A DNA stretch of 63,397 nt, the filler included, from Cercozoa sp. M6MM (lineage: Eukaryota > Protista > Endomyxa: Ascetosporea): the NCBI GenBank assembly GCA_040357565.1. It is 15 parts of 15 records of this genome, joined end to end, with 100 filler letters (N's around TTAATTAATTAA, not from the genome) between each part and the next. Parts side by side here need not be neighbours in the genome. Positions count along the whole stretch, not along the records: positions 11,202 to 23,398 come from JBDODJ010000383.1; positions 23,499 to 29,707 come from JBDODJ010000770.1; 13 more parts are not named here. One strand, 5' to 3'. Of this stretch, positions 13,638 to 25,350 are shown one piece after another. The translations under genes were made by a program, and so were the position numbers. A model generated the notes under the pieces. It saw nothing but the letters and a program-made list of their open reading frames with translations. It was not told where the DNA came from and ran no database searches. Every line of letters starts with the position of its first letter. The first letter of the stretch is position 1.

Positions 13638-14984
13638 CTACCGCATGCCGCGGTCACGCGAGCGCGAGCGACGACGGTACTGCTGCGCGCCGCCGCCGTA
13701 CGGCTGCTGCTGCTGCTGCTGCTGCGCGTACTGCTGCTGGTACTGCTGCTGCTGCTGTGCGTACTGCTGGTACTGCTGCGCGTACTGCTGCTGTTGGTAC
13801 TGCTGGTATCGCGCCATGTCGTGCTGCTGCTGCTGCTGATAGCTGCGCTGGTAGCGCGCCTGCATGTGGTGCGGCTGTCCCGGCGCGTAGTACGACTGCG
13901 AACGGCCGTAGCCACCGCCACCGTAGCCGCCACCGCCGCCACCGCGGTTCTACAGACGCACAATAGAGACACACATAGATGACGGAGGAGGGGGGGGGCT
14001 AAAAACAAAGCGTACGAATTCGGGCGGGTTCGGGCACTCGCGCACCCAGTGGCCAAAGCCGCCACAGCGGTGGCACGGGTTCGTGCGCATGCGCTCGTGG
14101 AAGTTGCTGCGGTTGTCGTTGAACTTGCCCTTGTTGGGACACTCCATGCTGCGGTGGCCCGGCTCACGGCACACGTAGCACACGCTGCAGATAGACATCA
14201 GTATCTAGGGATACACAGATAGACACAACAAGGCAAGGTACGGCGGGTGCGGGCACTCGCGCGACATGTGACCGTACTCGGTGCACCGGTGGCACTGGAT
14301 GTGTGCAAGCGGGCCACTCACAACACGCGTCGGACGCACCGGCGGCACCGGCGGCACAGGCGCAGCCGGCACAGGGGCAGCGGCCGGCACAGGGGCAGCG
14401 GCCGGCACAGGCGCGGCCGGCACAGGGGCAGCAGGCGTGGGTGCAGCAGGCGCAGGCGCAGCTGCAGGCACCGGCTGCTGCGGAGGCTGCGCGTAAGTGC
14501 GCATGGCGGCAGAAGCTGCGGCCACCTACACAAGCAACGTCGGTCAAGCATATTCAAACGTACACACAAAGTCAAATAATGCGAGTGAGGGTGTGAGGGC
14601 GGAGAGTGTGAAGACTACCTTCGCCGCATTGGCACGCGCCTGCTCCTCAAGTGCCTCGACGTGCTTCTGCACGCTGTCGTCGGCCGTAATTGTCGCGGCC
14701 GGTGCCGTCGCGGCCGCGGCCTCGGCAGTCGTGGGCTCGGCGGCGGCCTGCGTCACCGGCGCCGCGGCAGTCTCGACCGGCTTAGCTTCGACTGGCACAG
14801 CTTCAACCGGCGCGGCTTGCGTCGCCTCAGCCAGCTTCGTTTCGGCCGGAGTTTCTGCCGCTGTCGGCTCAGTCGCCGCCTCGGTCTTGCTTTCGGCGCT
14901 CACAGCGGGCTGCTGCGTCTCGGCAGCCTTGGTTTCGGCTTCGGTTTGCTGCGTCTCAACGCCAGCATCGGTCTGCGCGGCCAT
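13638..14984 (-). CDS. CCHC zinc-knuckle RNA-binding protein (CNBP/GIS2-like) with Ala/Glu/Pro-rich N-terminus and Gly-rich, Q/Y-rich and RS C-terminus
   Basis: Three C-x2-C-x4-H-x4-C knuckles: CHRCTEYGHMSREC, CYVCREPGHRSMEC, CHRCGGFGHWVREC. Confidence 0.85.
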
Positions 14985-15445
14985 AGAACACAGTAATAAG
15001 AAGAAAAGTATTCACACACACATGTGCGCTGCACTGCGGGGCGGAATGGCCATTCAAGTCCGGCAAGCCGGCGTGCCATCCGCCCAACAAAAAGTACGAA
15101 GCCACAGAGAAATAAAAAAGAATGGCCCCACACTCACACTCACACATAACACACCTGCACACCCTGCTCGACTTGTTCCTCACTCGACATTTTTGTATGT
15201 GTCACTCCTTTAACAGCCACCACTGAGAAACCCACACCCTCTCTACTCAGACTCACACGGACAGTCTGGCAATTGGTTCTACCGGGAAAAGGTTGCTAAG
15301 CACACGTTAGAACACACACTGCGACCGCGCGTCTCTCGTATGAATAGTCTTTAAGTTTGCGATAATTTCGGCGTTCCAATTAGAAAAAACGTTCGAATCT
15401 GAGAATGAAAGCTATTCGGTCCCTTTTTTGGCTTTATTGTTGTCT

Positions 15446-16867
15446 TTATATCTTTTTTTTGCGCTTCTTGGCGACTCTGCGTTTCTTCACTTTTGTTTTT
15501 TGTTTTGTCTTTTGTTTCGTCATCTGTGTTTTTTGTTTTTTCTGTTTCTGGAAGGGAAGTCTGCGTTTTTTTGTTTGAATTGGCGGCCTCGCCGCGGGTA
15601 TAGGTGCTGGGGCTTGTGTTGTGCCGGCAAGGGGGGCGGGAGCTGACCCGACAATGCTCGCTTCTTGCTGCATGAGTTCCTTTTGTTTTGTCTGTTTGGC
15701 ATCCTCAATGGCGCGCTCTATCTCTTCGTCCGTCGCATTGATAGGCACTTGAGCCACAACGGTGGTTTCAAACGATTCCGAGGCATACGACCATTCCTCT
15801 TCCTTTCCCTGCGCGAGTATTTGATACAGACAACATCCTACATACACTGTTTGAACGCATATCCTACATACCGTTAGACGTCTCATGTACAAACAGACTG
15901 CGCAAATTAGTGCCAGTAGCACCAAGAGTGCAAAACCTGTCCACAAGAGGATGTCATTGGTGTCATCGCTCGCCTGCAGTCCTGCCTGCTCGTCTGTTGA
16001 GTGAATTCAAATTCATGTAAATCACACCAGAACTAATCGGGAAGAGATAGGTGGTACCAGCACGTCGCACGAGTTCGTCAAACTGCGCGCGAGTCAGTGC
16101 GCGGATGTTGCTCATGCGTCCAAGCACGGACGAACTGTTGCTCGTTCTGCTATTTGTAAAATTCAGTCACCCTTGTTTACTATACAGTAGCCAGACACAT
16201 CATACGAGTTGGACAGCTGCTGTAGGAGTGACAGAGCCCCAGATGCCTCTGTTAGCACAACAACGATTCAAGGCAATCTTAAGGAAAATGGCTGTCTTAC
16301 GAAAAGCTGTGCGCCCGACGGCAGCGTCACTTTGGAGCGACACGAACGACACTGTCACAGTTACGTTGACCTGTACAAATACACAACCTTTCAGTTGTAA
16401 CTTCACGGCCAGTGAGCAGCGTTCATACGTTGGTGGCTGTAGAGGCCCGCGGTTCGTTCAAGCGGCATCGCGCTCCGGTGTCCAGGAGTCTGTAAACATA
16501 TATGTCCGAGTCAGGGGGAGGTTCTTCGGAAACTTAAAGAACACATGTACCTGACAGTACTCACGGCGCGTTGGTCCTCCTGTCGAATCCCAAATGCTTC
16601 CCTAATTTCCTACGGCAACCCAAGTTTCAGAATGAAGAAGGTATGCTCTGGTGCTACCGTGTCGATGAGCAGTCTCTCTTGCTCACGCATCTCCATCGAC
16701 AGTGCGCGTGCACACCTGTGCCTCAGCTCGTGTACATCTTCGATACGTCAAAGGTGAAAACAGAGGCGTCGTACCTTGTGAAGTTGCGCAGCATGAAGCC
16801 AACCAGTGCGTCGCGACGTGCCTCGGCGAAAGTGTTGACATCCAGTCGCAAGCACACGCCTTCAATG

Positions 16868-16911
<44 letters not shown>

Positions 16912-17011
16912 NNNNNNNNNNNNNNNNNNNNNNNNNNNNNNNNNNNNNNNNNNNNNNNNNNNNNNNNNNNNNNNNNNNNNNNNNNNNNNNNNNNNNNNNN
17001 NNNNNNNNNNN

Positions 17012-17075
<64 letters not shown>

Positions 17076-19468
17076 CGCACATACACACACATACACACGT
17101 ACACACATACACATGCAGTGAGTCGCGAGTGCATACTACAAGTAAAATTTACCTCCTCTTTGCCCGCCTTTACGAAGAATACACTCCCCAATTTCGCGTA
17201 GCCCTAGTGACACGCATGCCAAGATCAAAATTCGCGGTTGCGTGCGTCTAAATTACCGTTGACATTGTCCACAGCGACCTCACAGGCATCACCACTGTTC
17301 TCGTTTGCGCATGCAGTTCTACCGGCACACGTGTCTTCAGTGTTGTATATTCACCATAGTTGGTCGTACCCACAGTCACTCCCACTGAAGGCAGCGAAAC
17401 ACTCACAAGTCCCTGCACTCACAAAAACATCGCATGGGCACTGGCAGCTGACACCTCTCTACTGTAGCAAATGAAACCGTCGCCAACGCAGAGACCGTTT
17501 TGCGTGCAGTTATTGCGATTGCCGCAGTCGGCAGCAACTGCAGAAGCAAGGCGGAGAACAGGGCTTGATCTCTTAGTTTAGAATGCACATTCGCGATACC
17601 TCTGTCGCAAGTGTCACCAATGAAGCCTGGCTTGCAAAGGCACCTGCCTGTCATTCATGGGCCATTAGGAATGCCGTTTTCTGTTTAATATGCCGGTTGA
17701 GTTAATACAGGACACGGTACCTCCGCTGGGGTCACATGAGAACGGTCCGATGGCACCACTGTTTGCGCACTGACACTGACGACAAAGTGCCCTACAAACT
17801 ACATCAACAGAGTAACCGCACTACCACAATACCGCTTCAGTGGACCTCAAATTTTCCGAGTCGCGAAAGTAGCCGGTGCGGCAGGTTTCGCATTCGGGAG
17901 CCAAGCGATTCGGGTCGCTGCACTGACATGCTCCGGTGGTCGCATTGCACACAGCACTGCCCGTCACTGCTCGTGTGATACTTTGGACGGTACAGTCCGA
18001 GTCACCGCGACATTTGCGCGAGGCACACCTTTGAGGGTACAGGAGCAGTGCAAGACACTCTTGGTGATAATCTGTGACTGGTAGTTGTACCTGTCACCAG
18101 TGAAATCATCAACGCACAGGTGGGCACAACTACAGGAACGAGGTCCTGTCACGACGCGGTCAGTGTCTTTGGGTAAATTACCTGCCTCCTCCGGTGTTGA
18201 CGCCTATGGATTGGTTGCATGCAGTTGCACCTGCAAATGCCAACCAGCATGCGCAGATACTAATGAGAGTGCATGGGAAGGACGTAGGTACCACCCAACG
18301 TCATGCCGCTACCGAAGAAGTTGAGAAATTTCGAGCTGTCCACTGCACAGTAGTTAATTATCAGTATGGGGTTGTCATCGTTTTGTCACACTTCAAGCTT
18401 GAGCAGATATAGTACAAGTCCGCTGAACGCAAGTGCATGGACACAATTCACTCTATGCACATTGGTATCAATATCGTCATTCAAGCCAAGGAACTGAACG
18501 GAAGACAAAAGTCGGGCTTGACTGAAACTACCGCGTCAGTAGGAAACCACAGCTGCGCACTGCCGAGGCATCGCAAAGAGAACGAGCGCGACGGGTCAGC
18601 AGAACATGTCACTGTAACGGTATCTGTGCTTGTGTTGATCGCTGCAATACCACCCATCCTGGCATGCAGCACCTACAGGCTACGATTAGCTCAAACCACG
18701 CAGGTACTGTACCAATCGACTCTGGAACGAAACGGGTGTCTCTGCCAAGTGTCTCAGTGCCCCCACATTCACTTCAAAGGCACAAGAGATGTACAGAGGC
18801 TACTTTGACTGAGCTAAGTTCAGAGGCACGCAAATGTTGTCGCAGACACAGTGACACTGAGGACTAAGGGCAGTGCGGCAAGCGTGACTGCTGACGTCGT
18901 CAATCCCATCAAACTTCCTTACAGCGTACCGAGTAAAAGGCCATGCCTGTACGATTACCAGGCGCAGCGTCTCCGAAGGGCTGTGTTCGGAGACCTGCGT
19001 GCGCCTGGGTGAGAGATAAAAACAAACAGCCTGTCAGACTTTTGAGTTGCATAAAAGACATTTTTGGCGAATCAGAGACGAGTTAAATTAATGTCAGATT
19101 AGTGCACCACAACTACTGTACATTGCTGTACTTGTACTGTTCCTGGTCAGCCAAGCAGATTTTTGGTTAAGGGGGTGTTGATCTTACAGTGGGAGGTCGT
19201 GAGAGGTTCTCCGCGCCAGCTGATCGCGTGTTCGAGGTTTAGCTTGTTTTCAGCGCAGTTGGGGCCTGAGAAAACGTCTGTTGGACCAAACATCGATCCA
19301 GGTCTGGTAAGTTTCATCTCTGCGTCCCCAATTTACGCCCCACGCCGCATGTGCGATTTTTATGTGCTGGTCTGCGCAGATGTCGGCAAGACGGCGGACG
19401 CGGAGCGAAATTACACCCGACATCAAGCCAAAAATCGAGGAAGAAAGCGAACCGAAACGACGTCGCAT
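15446..19468 (-). CDS. Large Cys-rich type I membrane protein with EGF/laminin-like repeats, possible SUEL-lectin-like modules, one TM helix and a Lys-rich cytoplasmic tail
   Basis: TGRCLCKPGFIGDTCDR; CSCAHLCVDDFT; LHARMGG..TVTC..RCLG; TM segment LWTGFALLVLLALICAVCLYMRR. Many short exons; the start and whether this is a single gene are uncertain. Confidence 0.6.
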
Positions 19469-19577
19469 CGTCGATGACAAGCGTATTTCTTTCCTTTAAA
19501 TATAGCATAAGCTATCTCATACAGTTACGCAAAATACATCTTCTTATACCACAGCCACATCGGTGCTGCCAGCCGAC

Positions 19578-20765
19578 ATGGCGGCGATTGCGCGACGCAT
19601 CGTTAAAAACACGGCGTCGGAAGTCGGCAATTTAACTGCCGTACATTGCCTTTCGAATGAGAACACCCAACTGACTGTCATTTGATTGGTTTTATCTTTG
19701 CAGAAACAGAAAAGCAAGCGACTGATGAGCAAGAAGGCACAGGTATCCTGCTTGTTTTCCATCCTGACTAGCTGTGTGTACTTTCTTTTGCGCGCACAGA
19801 CACAAGAACAGAGCGCGCAGTTTCGACGCGACAAACTCGACCTGGAAGAACAAATGCGGTTGCATCGCGACATAGTATGCTGTTGCCATCCTTTCAAAAC
19901 TCTTCTCTTCCATGCATTTGCGTATGTGCCGTGCAGCTTGTGACAAGTTCAGCCGATTCGGTGAAAGCAGCCTCGAAACGCGCTGTCGAAGCCGGTACAC
20001 TTTCTAGAAAGCTTGCGCAATTGTGCGATGTGATGGTGTAAAACAAAGGTTTGAGTGGACGAGAGGCGCTGAAAGCCATCCAAAGCGCCGATGCGATTGT
20101 GCATATCACGAGTGTTGCCGATTCGCTGGCCGAGCGTGCCATTAACACGCAGCAGGAGTCCGAGAGTCTCGAGGTGCTCGTGCAAGCCGCGAAGATCAAC
20201 AGTATCGCGCTTTTGTTGTCTAAAGTCAATTTTTACGCTCAAACACCCATCTGTTTGATTTAGCTGACGGCATGAACCGCGGCATCTACCAGGACATGCA
20301 TATCTCGCCGTCCGAGTTATCTGGCTTGTTGTCAACGGTATCTCTTCTGTCAGTTCTTCCTGTGTCTCCGTATGCTCCTTTCGAGACTGACCGAATGCAG
20401 ATTTTTGCGTCCGACTCGGAGCAAGCGGAAGATATTGATTTTGTACGATTCGGCGAATACGTCTTGTCGAATTTCGCGCTGAGTACTCCGTCGCCAGCCT
20501 TCATGCTGACTCCTATCACTGTACACCCTGATACTCATGGATGCGAGTTTTATTTCGGGTGTTGTACCTGTCGGAATGGTGCAGGTACGCTGCGGGCTGG
20601 ATACTGAACTGGCGGAAACGGCGACGAAGAAAACGCGGGCACGCAAGGATGACGGCCGGCCACGTATCAAGCGCACCTTTGGCATGTCCACACAGGGAGC
20701 CGCCGAGCGGCCTCGTGTACCTTCTTCGCTTCACTCTGTGTGAATGTCTTGTGCCTGTGTGTGTG

Positions 20766-20818
<53 letters not shown>

Positions 20819-21360
20819 AACTGTAAAACACAGGAGATGGACGTCAGTCGGCAGGACAAAACGCACACGACAAAGCGAGCCAAAGACTTGCAGGAACTCG
20901 TCAAGAATCAAGTGGGCGAACAAGGCACCAACTTGCTCACGCTGGTGACCAATCCCGACCGTGAACGAGGTAACGTTTCCTTGTTGGTAGTTGCAATGTA
21001 CTTGTGTAAATGTATTGTACGTGACAGGCTTCACTCAAACTGTCGAGAACCTGTTCGACATGTCGTTCCTGGTGCGCAACAACGATGCCGCCATCGACAT
21101 CGACCAGCGTAACGGACAGCCCATCGTCAAGCACGTGCGACGCATGCCTGATGTACCCTGACTTATGTGTGTGACAAGGGAACTGTCTCTGTATATATAT
21201 GTATCTGCAGGAGGATCAAAGCAACCCGCGGCAGTGCATCGTGCGATACGACTTTGACTCGCACAACGATATCGTGCGCACGTTCAAACTTTTGCGATCT
21301 CGCATTCCCACGCGACAGCCCTTCCAGCGCGGTACGGACGAGGACGAGCGTTATTTGTAG
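19578..21360 (+). CDS. NSE4: SMC5/6 kleisin subunit NSE4 (Nse4/EID3 family)
   Basis: C-terminal LLTLVTNPD...GFTQTVENLFDMSFLVRNNDAAI...QCIVRYDFDSHNDIVRTFKL matches the Nse4_C F(S/T)QTVENxF..SFL motif; ATG 19578, TAG 21360. Confidence 0.88.
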
Positions 21361-21794
21361 GTAACCCTAGCCGCCAGCAAAGCATGTCCGAGCCCGGCTG
21401 CTACCGTACCCGACCGTACGTGATAGTAAAGTTACGAAAGTTACGTTACTCCCTTCGCTTATAGATACGGAAATTGTGGTACCGTACTAGTGGTGCTCGA
21501 CTCCCGTCCGTCAGCACGAGTCAGAGACTCAGAGTACGCGTAGCCGCATAACTGCACGATGTACGTACATCTATTGAAATACCGTGACGCTCTTCGCGCT
21601 ACCCAACTAGTACTTCCGTCGCGTTCCGCTCAGTTGGACTAAACTGGCTAAGGTTGCTTCCAGTCGTCAGTTTCGTCGACACGACTGAACAGCAAAGTGA
21701 CCAGACTCAACCGATCAGATTAGCCACACGAGCTTCTGTCATGCTACTTAGCACAAAGTAGACCCTAAAGTCTGGCGATCAGGACGACTAGCGG

Positions 21795-22715
21795 ATGCAA
21801 AGCAAGCAAAAATTGAAACGGCAAATTCCTCCGCTTCAAAAAAGAGACACAACACTCGAAAATGCCGAAACAAGGCGGACAAAACCGACAAAACACCTTC
21901 GTGACCCCCGTGGCCTGGGGTTTCACACTTCGCCAACAAAGCTCAGCGATGAGGTCAGCTCCAAAAGAGTTTCCCACGAAAGCAACCGGCAGTTTTTCCG
22001 TGGGTATTTGCAAACCGAGGAAGCCACGTCGCACACTGAGGTACGCAGCCTCAGGCGATGGATTGATCGCCACTCTCGCAGCAAGCGCATTTGCTTTGTG
22101 AGGTGAAGTATTCATATTTTCCGACAAAGCCGTCACGTAAGTATAGATTCAACTCACTCCAAAGATGCGGTTATTCAGCAGGTACCCTTTAGCAAGTGTC
22201 GGGCGCCTGCGATCACAGCGGCTCGCAGGGACTACTAACCAGCGCCTGAGCGTGAAGCTTGACACTCGAACGAGTCCTGCAGCCACTGGTAGTCCCAAGA
22301 CTTCAGCCAAGTCCAACTGCGTTGTTAGCACTATCAACACCGTGGTAAGTCTCTTAGCTCTGTCGTGCAGTGGCTCTTCCGGGTAGTCTCTTAGAGAGTG
22401 ACAGCTCCTGTGGACTCGACCGGATATGCCGTCTCAGAGAGTGCGACAAACCGAGTGCTGGGTGAGCGACGTTCCTACTCGGTCACGGGAACTCGAGAAT
22501 GCAGGTCAAAACTCTTCGTACCCGGCCCTCAACAAAAGAAACCAATTCAGTACGATCAAAGAAGAACAGATGCCTCGCTTCTGAACAGAATTTTGCGTCG
22601 CTGCTTTTCAAACTTTTTAGTTGCACCACCCTTTCGAAGTGCAAGTGACCAGACCGAAGAGTCGCCACCGAAGCCTGCAGAGCTTGAGGGCGGCCCGATC
22701 GAGCGGGCGGAGTGA
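21795..22715 (+). CDS. Possible hypothetical disordered protein
   Basis: Consecutive plus-strand ORFs rich in S/T/R/P with plausible GT/AG borders; no recognised motif. Confidence 0.3.
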
Positions 22716-23297
22716 AAGATGCATGTAGCCATGCAGTTTTTTTTTCAGTTTGTTTACCAGCGAGCTCAGTCTCATTTCAGTCATAAATTCGAGTGCGAAC
22801 TGCCCTCGAGCAGTCGGTATCAGTACAGGATGATCATGACTAATTTTACAAGCAGCGCAGCACTTAATAATTAGAACTCAGGCTCTACAACCGCTGTCGC
22901 GGCGTGTTTCAGTCAAAGAAGTATCAAAGATCGGGGCTTTTCGCAACACCAAGTTCAAGATAGAGCACCAAGCTGTGCGTGATACGACCCGCTGCAATAC
23001 ATGAACAAGGGAAACTGAAGTATCGGCAAGCGACGGACGGGAATGTACAACGAGTACATTTTCATTTTACTGTCGTACTGTACGGTACGTATCGAAGCAA
23101 CAGGCAACACCGTGACTTTAGCAAATAAGCTGCGCGTTCATTCATCCGATGCCATCGACGGCGGTGCCAGCGCAGCGCAGAAGGCGTTCGAGCGCCGGCC
23201 ATGGCAACTCTGCGGTGACACAATGGTGGAGTAAAAGAGAAGACAGGGCAGGGCACTTGCACTTGGTTGATGCAAGAAGTCAGAACGGAAGTTGGTA

Positions 23298-23398
23298 CCT
23301 GCGTATTGCAGATGGGGCAGAGAGATGTCGTATTGCTTCTGTCTCGGACTGCCTGCGTATTGCAGATGGGGCAGAGAGATGTCGTATTGCTTCTGTCT
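23298..23398. repeat. 54-bp exact tandem repeat (about 1.9 copies, cut by contig end)
   Basis: cctgcgtattgcagatggggcagagagatgtcgtattgcttctgtctcggactg at 23298, repeated from 23352. Confidence 0.9.
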
Positions 23399-23498
23399 NN
23401 NNNNNNNNNNNNNNNNNNNNNNNNNNNNNNNNNNNNNNNNNNTTAATTAATTAANNNNNNNNNNNNNNNNNNNNNNNNNNNNNNNNNNNNNNNNNNNN

Positions 23499-23549
<51 letters not shown>

Positions 23550-23569
23550 ATGCAAATATGACGGCACAG

Positions 23570-24388
23570 GTGGAGGAGGCACGTGCGCGACAGACGCGAG
23601 TCGAGGCGGACGAGGAGGAGCAGGCGCAGGGCATGCAGGAGCACGAGCGGCAGGCCACGCTGCTGCAGCGACGTCTGGCACCGCTGCTGCTCGGGTGTCT
23701 GGCTCTGTCGCTGCGCGCGCTGACTCGTGCCGCCGCGGCGACGCTGACGAACGCGCTGGACACCGCCGAGGCCGCGCGGGCCGTGCGACAGATGCATCGT
23801 GTCAAGCTGCTGGCGCACTCCGTGGCGCCCTGTCTGCCGCCATCGCTGCCTGCCGAGGGTACCTCTCTGATCCTTCCGTTGCCCTTCCGTTACCCTTCCT
23901 TTACCCTTCCTTTGCCCGTCTTACCCTTGACACACACCCCTTGACACTACCCCTTTACACAGTGCAACGTGAGGCCTTCCAGATGGTCACGCAGATCGAG
24001 ATGGTAGTACTGACCTTTGCTGTGCCACCCGCCTAATCGTTTGTTCCAATAGGAGTGGGTGAAACTGCGAGCGCGTGCGGCACGAGTGATCGACGTTGCG
24101 ACCGTCGATTTGGACGCCGAGAGCGACGTCGCGCTCCTCGAGCACGGCGGTAGCACCGACGTCAGCAGTCACATCGACTTTAGTGGTCACACCGACAGCA
24201 GCAGTCACACCGACAGCAGTAGTCACACCGACAGCAGTAGTCACACCGACATCAGCAGTAGTCACACCGACAGCAGCAGCAGCAGCAGCAGCAATCACAG
24301 CGACGGCATGCACGGTTTGGACAGTGACGACGACGACTCGGAGGACGTCGACGCCGACGCCAGCGACGATATCATCGACCTTGCCTGA
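23570..24388 (+). CDS. 3' part of a helical hypothetical protein with HTDSSS repeats and an acidic tail
   Basis: Three exons with GT/AG borders, an 18-bp coding repeat at about 24180-24270, and the end DDIIDLA*. Confidence 0.55.
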
Positions 24389-25350
24389 TGTGACGTTGTG
24401 GTTTAATGATACAGCATTGCATGAGCTACTGTGTCCGCGCGGAAGGAACCCTATATTTATCGTGTATATAAATCCCGGGGAGACGACTTTTTGTTACCGC
24501 AGCCCTTCAGAAATTGAGGCTTTGGTAGTGCAAAAGAGTACTATGCCAGGAAAAAGACTAAAGAAACAAATGGAATCGATGTGAAGAAGAATTGAGTCAG
24601 TAGACGTAGTCAGTTCAGATGTAGTTACCCCAAGATAGGGTCGGCAAAGTACAGGAAGTAGACTGGTCGGGAAGGATGAGAGGCCCGGTAGTCAGAAGAA
24701 GGAAGGAAGGAGAAGGAGGGACGTAAAGGAGAAAAAGAAAGGCTCTCTGTGCTGGTGAGTAGAGAGCCTTTTCAGGAAAGGAGCAAAATCTTGCTCTTTC
24801 GAGGTCAGTCAGACAAACACAATACACCACACTTCTCAAAGTGCTCAATGAATAACTTTCTTCCACGCGGAGCACCAGAGATCTGACTGGCCGAACGAAA
24901 ATGCCGTTTCGTAACATTTTTCTTGCTGTTGCTGTCAGACAGACCTTAGTTTGTATTGAATTCGCAGACATTTCAGATCAAACAGTACCGGTCATCGGTG
25001 AGCTTGTCGCCAAGTCGACGCATGCGCGGAGAAGCGTAGGTGTGGTATGCACCGGGTTTCGTTTGCGTTGGCGATTCTTTGTCTACAAGATCGAGAGAGG
25101 TGTGACAATGTGTTTGAGGATGCCGGGAAGCATTGGCTCGGGCAAGCTATATTTACAGTAAATATACAGTACATAGACTTCAGTTGGTGGTTATCGCGTG
25201 AACACAGACTTCAGTCCGTTTTTAAAATTCTGTTGGTTTCTGTCAGTAGTTAAGTTTAGTCCTAGCAAGCAGCAGCTCCAGTACAGTAAACAAAAGTCCG
25301 ATGCAGTATCTAGTAGAACTCCCAACGGAGAAAGAGACAGTGCGCACACG

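Noticed and set aside
16871-17055. His/Thr- or Cys/Val-repeat ORFs (HTHTHT, CVCVCV) here and at many contig ends
   Set aside because: Translations of intronic (CA)n microsatellites next to gaps
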